The position numbers and the translations under genes were made by a program. DNA of 64,000 nt from an uncultured virus (IMG/VR IMGVR_UViG_3300028603_000036) (taxonomy: Duplodnaviria > Heunggongvirae > Uroviricota > Caudoviricetes): IMG/VR virus record IMGVR_UViG_3300028603_000036. One strand, written 5' to 3'. The notes beneath the pieces were generated by a model that saw nothing but the letters and a program-made list of their open reading frames with translations, ran no database searches and had not been told where the DNA came from. Positions 59,201 through 64,000 of the stretch are shown one piece after another. The number at the start of each line of letters is the position of its first letter. Position 1 is the first letter of the stretch.

Positions 59201-59696
59201 TGCCCATGGCATGAAGCTGACCGTGGCCGACTTTGACGGTAGCCCTATGTGGGTGCAGCGGCAGATTGAGGAAACGGTTACGGTGGACGCCCTGAAGGCT
59301 GCGCTGACCGGCAATACTGAGCACGACATTCGTGAGCAGGCCGCCGCGTTCGTTCGTGGTGCGACGGGCTGGTTTGACTGGGAAGGGAAGGATACCAGCG
59401 ACTACCTGCCGTATGAGTTCCGCATCGCCATTGTCAACGCCGGGCGCAAGGCCATGGCCGGAACCGAGCAGCCTTCCAGCCAGTCGCCCAATGACGTGGT
59501 GGGCATCCGGGGCAACACCATGGCCTGGAAAGACACGATCAAGAGCTGCGCCGTTCGCGCGGGAGCAGGCAAGTACAAGTGGGATAAGCGCTCTCTGTCA
59601 TGGAACGTGTACCGTTCCACCTGGGATTACCTGGTTGCCAACTACCCCAAGGCGGCAGAGCAACTCGAATTGATCGGCGCGACCCGTTCACTGTAA
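53244..59696 (+). CDS. DarB-like N6-methyltransferase plus SNF2 helicase
   Basis: YYTP, LDPCAGVG, NVPF; GVGLGKT, DEAH, TATP, EQRNGRGVRQGN; 2150 aa. Confidence 0.88.
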   Translation: MLNRNSLDDAAGGVLARLKLVGELARIKGELNDVGAGPVAAMKRLKLVSRANQIRASLGAAAPQASAAPEAAPVAEPQAAAAPEPQPEGGPEEVLEPRNQTAQYYEFDPNRKPAQRKKDNAEAMALLARIDAGEVAASSLTPEEKLALAKYSGTGGALIGADGKKGSAYEYYTPKPIAEGIWSLMEELGFAGGKVLDPCAGVGIFGATAPLNAAIDAVELNETSGRINGLVNAGPGYSATVAPFERVAAATPDEQYDAVVTNVPFGGVADRGGNQLLDDRYQKEPLQNYFILRTLEKLKPGGLAVFITPPRCVTGKGGKEEELRVKASYMAEFLGAYRLPNAVFGTASADTMTDVIAFRKYSREALDKIAELREQSPKALVEANVQWQPFVNGRYFDGEGKRFILGDFVPKDPNKFRDVDRVVTRQPIAEIARMLKRFPGSRVDWEMLGTVETTPIVYRDGDTITQSGQTLQMQDGRWVPMARTESSASMAELVGKLATPYSAFEGRVQWADAVQCVEHMIETSQSLDIPAWLRGAVAEIRHLKDEGQRAQFWNAGIVGMAADQVFEERMGEETGVNFAEEYPALSDAMQRVSVAARKRPAAIGGKLRDGLAFIGNHYQKKTGFSAVWRGDVRQEAPTVEITADASFEGLRYKTKSIWVSMEDARAIYGDGFDPYADADWCVSPDGKSVTRADDYYIGNYAEFLRRVDADIASAENEDIRAKLLRQKIDAESRIDRVDVSKLSFNLFSPHVTHEEKAEFLRRFVHPSAAVVYDEKTGVKRVDIDVPGSRLTDREKLLNRIGDYLKNGTITLGGAKLDMPDAQALQELRRMVNTANEQFNGWARGNRAVISRLEATASDPERLRFRQVEDEAPMPIPGMSEGLTLHGYQNAYVRKTSREFGGINGFGVGLGKTFTALAATQYAQSIGVKKKTLFVVPNSVLSNWRKEAMRAYSSTDDCLFVGLRIAKDGRATISSSNFDADLTAVMENRHSKIFMTLEAFERIRMRDETISEYEAFMRRADASFSESMDKKEDERAKSKQAGLLSILSDKRGSAPYIEDMGVDSVVFDEAHVFKNSAQTVDFKGAKFLSMSPASKRGIDAQAKAWFIRGQSPLKDGVLMLTATPITNSPLEMYAMLSLAVGHERVNDLCLGIKGADNFMEMMCIKENQDDVTMDGVARTTDVFVGLNNVGVLRKSIGEVATIKSAADVGGQIIVPEREEKPTPVTLPDAVVERLKLYKSAFRYAIDELAEKSPNRGDPEAYDQVAQHFGEELNLIGHPFNLINKMTMLIADPELDQRASFYSYLSTQADKAKQAIEQFNARKITEERPRPGPMTDESAIVGKKKVKDSGGNETELLKIEVRARAIDGGRVVIDSIDPDVQSAFEAIADKIGLDLDVSVPPKLAAMLENFQNEQASPRGIDASGKATSVVKQIVFCDILPLHNKIKRLLTRRAGVPSSAIAIITGRTNNTPDEILAVQDGFNGVGEDSKYQTVIANEKAEVGINLQKGTQAIHHLTIGWTPDSLEQRNGRGVRQGNATERVNLYYYDADGTFDTSKRSMVNKKADWIGQVMDVNGTGSVSVAGGLSREQMEALIDVVGDVDAMRRMQETIAAKEAESRASNNRDRQMINLDTIRKQNTFLNDNRAADSFVIRKIIGLFGLERQADKLRDRIANPKATATAVARNESLLAELMASIGGLRRQIEESATLHRSQWSGGGQTREPATLDSFFAAVRSGKKQKDDDIEAMLRGRSYPSFGLEIVEGGPITNEWQAEVDMAESMIEEAKAAFARQAEEAGGYPADVAEAIARGDGVVYNGKPLTHGTFVRVAGGLAVLALENGRPRAFGRSMDGSPLAADTSAVMAGEWIYRGTAGYDSCLTDAAQIEDIINGDGRIENGFNTVVPEVAQRRKVEALAAYRVFEYRLPQPYFPYVVVPTDADKSEVQRSIFESQKAVVRSFDGGSFVVAGDVAVERANSRSDDRFKLLREYAVAHGMKLTVADFDGSPMWVQRQIEETVTVDALKAALTGNTEHDIREQAAAFVRGATGWFDWEGKDTSDYLPYEFRIAIVNAGRKAMAGTEQPSSQSPNDVVGIRGNTMAWKDTIKSCAVRAGAGKYKWDKRSLSWNVYRSTWDYLVANYPKAAEQLELIGATRSL

Positions 59697-59706
59697 GGAT
59701 TGAGAC

Positions 59707-60120
59707 ATGGCATACACCGAATACAAGTTCGACAAGGAAGCAATCAAGAGCCTGGTGGCCGAGCGCGCCGCCGCCCTGCGCGCCAACCGGGGGTTTTCCA
59801 ACCTGCTGGCGTTTGGGCTGGGTGTCGTGGCCGACCGCCTGAACAAAGATCCGCGCCGCTACCGGGATTACGGCCCCTATTGGTGGGCGCTCAAGGACGC
59901 CATGAAAGCCGGTGGCTACAGCCTGGGCGACCAGACTGACCCTCTGGTGAAGCGGGTATACCAGGGCGATAGCGAGGCGGAAACGCTCATCATGGCCGAT
60001 GAGTTCCGCACCGAATACCTGAAAACGCACATGGTTTATGCAAACCAGTTCCAGCTTGATGCGGGTAGCGCGGACTTTTATGAGCTGTTCGACGCGGATA
60101 TGGAGTTTCCGGCAGCCTAA
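59707..60120 (+). CDS. hypothetical protein
   Basis: RBS AAGGA; YRDYGPYWWALK. Confidence 0.7.
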   Translation: MAYTEYKFDKEAIKSLVAERAAALRANRGFSNLLAFGLGVVADRLNKDPRRYRDYGPYWWALKDAMKAGGYSLGDQTDPLVKRVYQGDSEAETLIMADEFRTEYLKTHMVYANQFQLDAGSADFYELFDADMEFPAA

Positions 60121-60130
60121 AGCGTAGGGC

Positions 60131-60171
60131 GGAAAATCAGGCAGGGGCATCGTTGCGGCAGAACATACTCT
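60131..60171 (+). promoter_or_regulatory. late promoter motif 7
   Basis: GGAAAA-N29-TACTCT; ATG at 60179. Confidence 0.72.
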
Positions 60172-60178
60172 GTTCCGC

Positions 60179-61741
60179 ATGGACGATACCCCCAACACCG
60201 CCGATTCGACACGGCCAGGCTTCCTGGCCCGCCTTGGCCTGTCGCGCAAGCGATGGCAGTCAACGCACGTCGCGCCATCAAGAGAGATTCGGGCTTCCGA
60301 TACGCACCTGTACGGAGCCGGAACAACCACGGTTGCCTCCTTGCTGGGGTCTGGAAACCGTGGCGCACGGTCGCGCCAGATCATCTACGAGAAGTGGATG
60401 CGCATGGAGGGCGACCCGATCATCAGCAGTGCATTGCAGTTGCTGGTGACTTCGGCGCTGGGCGGCCATGAAACCAGCGGCGACCTGGTGTTCGTTGAAA
60501 AAACGGCAGAAGCGAAAAAGGACAAACGCCTTGCCGCTATCGCCGACGAGGTTTCCGCAAAGTTGTCGCCCCTGTTCAATCGGGTGGCTTTTCAGATGGC
60601 CTACACGGGGTCGGCTTACGGCGATTCCTACGCTCGAATCTATACCGACGCCACCGGCGTTGTGGATCTTCACTCTGACGAAATGGTGCGCCCGCAGTTG
60701 GTGCAGCCATTCGAACGTGGGAGCCGTACCATCGGCTTTGCCGTGTCCATTGGTGAACGAAACTTCGAGCGCCTGGACGTGACCCAGCTCGCGCGCCTGA
60801 AGATGCCGCGTACCCAGTGGATTCCGCAGTTCGGCGTAGTCGAGAAGTCGCTGAAAGTCGCCCTGAAAGAGAACAACATCGACAACCTGCCGATCATGCC
60901 GAGCATGGTGGGCGGCTCGATGCTCTACAACGCCGAAGAACCCTATGACAACTTGTCGGCATCGCTGCTGGGCCTGGTGGGGCAGCGGTGGATGGATTCG
61001 ATTGATGAGCAGATGGTGGCCGTCAACCTGGAGTCCATGACGCTGGAGCAGCAAGAGCGGTTCGTGGAGTCGGTAAAGGGTATGCTCATGGCGTCGAAGA
61101 AGTATGCCGAGCAGGCAGTGACACGGGGCCGCCCGATCATGGAGCGCATCCGGCACATCATCCCGGTCTTCAATGAGAAGCAACTGACGAATATCGGCCC
61201 CGGCAACGGCGGCCAGACAGGCCGCGCCGCGACGATCAGCATTGAGGACGTGCTGCTGCATGCTCGCTTGCTGTCCGGCGCCCTGGGCGTCGATCTTTCC
61301 ATGCTGGGCTTTGCCGACCAGCTTTCCGGCGGCCTGGGCGAAGGCGGCTTCTTCCGTGTGTCCGCGCAGGCGGCGGAGCGCGCGCGGGTCATCCGCGTGG
61401 CGCTGTCCGACTTCTTCCATCACGTTATCGACATTCATACTGCCCGCCGTTATGGCGTGGTGTTTCATGAGAGCGAACGTCCTTGGGAAATCAACTTCTT
61501 TGGCTCCATATCCGCCCTGGAGGCAGAGAAACAGCGTACACGCACCGATTCCATGAACTCCGGCATGCTGCTTGTGCAGGCCATGCAGATGCTCAAGGAA
61601 ATGGGGGCTTCCAAGGACATCATGGCCGAGTTTCTGGCAAAGACCATGCTTCTGGACGAAGACCAGGCCGCGCTCTACGCCACCATCGTGGACGCCAAGC
61701 CGCAGGGTAACGACATGGGCGGGTTCGGCGGGGGGGTGTAG
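60179..61741 (+). CDS. probable portal protein (P1 Prt-like)
   Basis: 520 aa; MEGDPIISSAL, YGDSY, ALGVDLSMLG. Confidence 0.75.
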   Translation: MDDTPNTADSTRPGFLARLGLSRKRWQSTHVAPSREIRASDTHLYGAGTTTVASLLGSGNRGARSRQIIYEKWMRMEGDPIISSALQLLVTSALGGHETSGDLVFVEKTAEAKKDKRLAAIADEVSAKLSPLFNRVAFQMAYTGSAYGDSYARIYTDATGVVDLHSDEMVRPQLVQPFERGSRTIGFAVSIGERNFERLDVTQLARLKMPRTQWIPQFGVVEKSLKVALKENNIDNLPIMPSMVGGSMLYNAEEPYDNLSASLLGLVGQRWMDSIDEQMVAVNLESMTLEQQERFVESVKGMLMASKKYAEQAVTRGRPIMERIRHIIPVFNEKQLTNIGPGNGGQTGRAATISIEDVLLHARLLSGALGVDLSMLGFADQLSGGLGEGGFFRVSAQAAERARVIRVALSDFFHHVIDIHTARRYGVVFHESERPWEINFFGSISALEAEKQRTRTDSMNSGMLLVQAMQMLKEMGASKDIMAEFLAKTMLLDEDQAALYATIVDAKPQGNDMGGFGGGV

Positions 61742-61743
61742 GC

Positions 61744-62661
61744 ATGTCCTTGTATAACAACGTCGCGGAAAGCCTGTCGGGCGGAAGCCTGATTGGTTCG
61801 ATTCGCACCGGCATGAACGCTGCCCTGGGTGGAGTTGCTAATTCAGCCGCCCAGGCCATGGGTGGCGGCCAGGTGGCGCAGACGGTCGCCAAGATGGGGC
61901 AGAGCGCAGCGGTCAATGCCGCCGTGAACGTCGTCAACAAGCATGTTCCCATGCAGGCCCAGCGCGCCGTCAATCTGGGAACCGGCGTGGTGGGCGACAT
62001 CATGCGCGGCGACTGGGATGGCGCGGGCATGCGCGTCCTGAACTCCGGCATCCTGAATGAAATGCTGCCAGGGTTTGGCGGCGGCATCATGGCGCAAACC
62101 GCCTACTGGGGCGGCGCTACGCCGCTGCTGGGCGGCATCAGCCCGAGCGAGGCCAAGCGCATCTACGACGAAGTGCGCGGTGAGCGGCTTTCCAAAAAGA
62201 ACCTGTGGCTGCTGGAGGTGACAAGCAGGCTGGGCGGTGGAGGCATGAACATGCCAGACCGTTTCAACCTGTTCGCCACCGAGGTCGAGTATTCGCCCTT
62301 CATCATGGCGGGCGACAAGGTGCGTGTAGGCGGCTCCGTGGTCGATGCAATTCAAGGCACGGAGCCTGTCGAAATGCGTATGACGACGCTTGACGATGAG
62401 GCCGGTTCAATCAAGCGGTGGTTTGCTGCTCACCATGGCGCCGCGTCCGCGCGCGACGGCACCATTGGCGAGCCGGATTCCTACGCCATCACCGTCAAGG
62501 TGGTTCATTCATTTATTACGGCTGCAAGCAACCGGGGCGGGTACGAGGACATCGGCCTGTTCCGGCCAGTCAACCTGGACGTGGCGCTTTCTCGCAGGGA
62601 AGACGGGCTGCAAGAGGTGCAGATGACACTTTCTCAACTAGACACATTTATGAAGCCATGA
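61744..62661 (+). CDS. tail/baseplate-region protein
   Basis: Gly-rich N-terminus; tube-like C-terminal pattern. Confidence 0.55.
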   Translation: MSLYNNVAESLSGGSLIGSIRTGMNAALGGVANSAAQAMGGGQVAQTVAKMGQSAAVNAAVNVVNKHVPMQAQRAVNLGTGVVGDIMRGDWDGAGMRVLNSGILNEMLPGFGGGIMAQTAYWGGATPLLGGISPSEAKRIYDEVRGERLSKKNLWLLEVTSRLGGGGMNMPDRFNLFATEVEYSPFIMAGDKVRVGGSVVDAIQGTEPVEMRMTTLDDEAGSIKRWFAAHHGAASARDGTIGEPDSYAITVKVVHSFITAASNRGGYEDIGLFRPVNLDVALSRREDGLQEVQMTLSQLDTFMKP

Positions 62662-63299
62662 GCGCAGGCGTTTACATCATCAAGAACATTAAAAATGGGA
62701 AGGTGTATGTTGGCAGCTCTGCCGACATACCTACCAGGTGGCGCAAGCATAGAGGAACGCTTGAGGCTGGTACGCACCACAACACAAAACTACAGCGTGC
62801 ATGGTTCAAATATGGTCGAGATGTATTTTCGTTTGAGGTGGTGGAGATCGAGCCGGACTACGAAAAACGTCTCAAGGCAGAGCAGAGGCTTATTGACCAG
62901 CAAAATTCCGCAGTCACTGGATACAACATTTACAGCACGGCGGGGAGTCCTCAAGGGTATAGGCACTCTGAGGAAACAATCGCAAAGATTTCTGCTTCGC
63001 AGAAGGGCAGGAAGAAACCGGCTGGACACGGGGAGCGGGTTTCTGCGGCCCGCAAGGGCATGGCTGTCGGTGCGGATGAGATTGCGCGCTTGGGTGCAAT
63101 CCGACCCAAATTCCATACCGCTGAATCGCGGGAAAAAATGTCCGCATCACGGCGCGGAAATACGCACCGGCGCGGCTTCAAGGCGTCCGATGAGACGAGG
63201 GCCAAGCAGTCAGCAGCCTTGAAGGGGCGGCCAAAGTCTGAAGAGGCAAGGCGCAATATTGCCGCAGCCGTCCGTCGCCGATTCGGCAAAGAGAGTTGA
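62658..63299 (+). CDS. GIY-YIG homing endonuclease with NUMOD3-like repeats
   Basis: GVYIIKNIKNGKVYVGSS..RW..H; HSEETIAKIS-type repeats. Confidence 0.9.
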   Translation: MSAGVYIIKNIKNGKVYVGSSADIPTRWRKHRGTLEAGTHHNTKLQRAWFKYGRDVFSFEVVEIEPDYEKRLKAEQRLIDQQNSAVTGYNIYSTAGSPQGYRHSEETIAKISASQKGRKKPAGHGERVSAARKGMAVGADEIARLGAIRPKFHTAESREKMSASRRGNTHRRGFKASDETRAKQSAALKGRPKSEEARRNIAAAVRRRFGKES

Positions 63300-63301
63300 A
63301 T

Positions 63302-64000
63302 ATGGCACTGAAGCATGACGCCCAAGGATTCCTGGTTGGCGACCCTATCGACTTGAGCGCCCTGGTGGCCGAATGGGCTGGCATCCGTGAGGACGTGCGG
63401 GCCATTCGGCAGGCGGTGCTTGGGATTGAGCAGGCCATGAGCAGCATGGCGCCGGAGTCCACGCCGGTGGCGCTTGCCGTGCCTGGTCGCAGCACCGGCC
63501 TTGAAGAAGCTGACCCGGCTGTAAAGGCGCTGTCCGAAGTCGCACAGCCGGTGATCGCCATCCAGCCAGTTGAGAGCACCGGCGCGCCAGTGCAGCACCA
63601 GCAGCCAGAAGCTGCCCGTCCTGCGCCATCGGCGGCGTCCGCTCCAGCCGCGTCCAGAGACGTGCGGCAAATCCCCGTTTTGTTGCGCACACCGGCCACG
63701 CCGAAGGCGAATGCAGCCGGAGGCGGGCGAGAGGGGGCGGCAGATGCCGCCGTGAACAGGGTAGTTGCCGAGCTGCGCGCCACACGGGCGGCAACGCTAC
63801 GCGCGCCGGTGGAGCCGCCGCGCCGGGATAGTCGTGGCAGGTTCGTGAAGGGGCAGGAAGCCAATCAGTCGAAACCCGGCCAGCGCTCCGATGGATCTTC
63901 GCCGCGCGAAGAGGAAGAGCAGGATGAAAGCCTGGTTCGGTCGCTGACTGACCGTGTAACCGGAGCGGTTCGGGAGGCCAGCACCGGCCTTGAAGAAGCT
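63302..64000 (+). CDS. probable tape measure protein, N-terminus (runs off window)
   Basis: MALKHDAQGFLVGD..., Ala-rich, open to the window end; not in the ORF track because it has no stop. Confidence 0.55.
   Translation, partial: MALKHDAQGFLVGDPIDLSALVAEWAGIREDVRAIRQAVLGIEQAMSSMAPESTPVALAVPGRSTGLEEADPAVKALSEVAQPVIAIQPVESTGAPVQHQQPEAARPAPSAASAPAASRDVRQIPVLLRTPATPKANAAGGGREGAADAAVNRVVAELRATRAATLRAPVEPPRRDSRGRFVKGQEANQSKPGQRSDGSSPREEEEQDESLVRSLTDRVTGAVREASTGLEEA

Noticed and set aside
52524..59324. Very long minus-strand ORFs (1278 aa and 985 aa)
   Set aside because: Antisense shadows of the GC-rich DarB-like gene with no recognisable motifs; the same applies to 36570-38042 and 38533-40107.
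29027..63136. Other GGAAAA occurrences (for example 29027, 42835, 63131)
   Set aside because: No -10-like hexamer 35 nt downstream; only those checked by eye were tested.
1..64000. tRNA, rRNA or IS elements
   Set aside because: None recognised by eye; a tRNAscan or Rfam run would be needed to exclude them.

Overview
The window is about 64 kb of a GC-rich temperate phage, probably from a betaproteobacterial host (inference). It appears to be read across its attP junction, so it is either an excised/circular genome or a tandem prophage. Left to right: (1) the 3' end of a DGR target gene followed by TWO complete diversity-generating retroelements in tandem (avd1-TR1-RT1 and avd2-TR2-RT2); (2) an att site whose core copies the 3' end of guaA, a P4-type integrase and an AlpA-type excisionase; (3) a long leftward early operon (C5 methyltransferase, SSB, RdgC, YqaJ exonuclease, ERF and many small ORFs); (4) a lambdoid CI/Cro switch with five operators; (5) replication, methylase and nin-like genes; (6) a P1-like contractile-tail virion module with DarA/Hdf/DarB-like proteins, portal, a GIY-YIG endonuclease and the start of a probable tape measure gene. 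Main discovery: TR1 matches the adjacent gene end (117 bp, 11 mismatches, all at TR adenines), while TR2 matches a remote gene 14 kb away on the opposite strand inside the EARLY operon (102 bp, 8 mismatches, all at TR adenines). One phage thus appears to carry two independent DGRs, one diversifying an apparently non-structural protein. Also found: a seven-copy late-promoter motif (GGAAAA exactly 35 nt before a -10 hexamer) and an rrn-type boxA leader. Product calls come from motif recognition by eye; no database searches were run.
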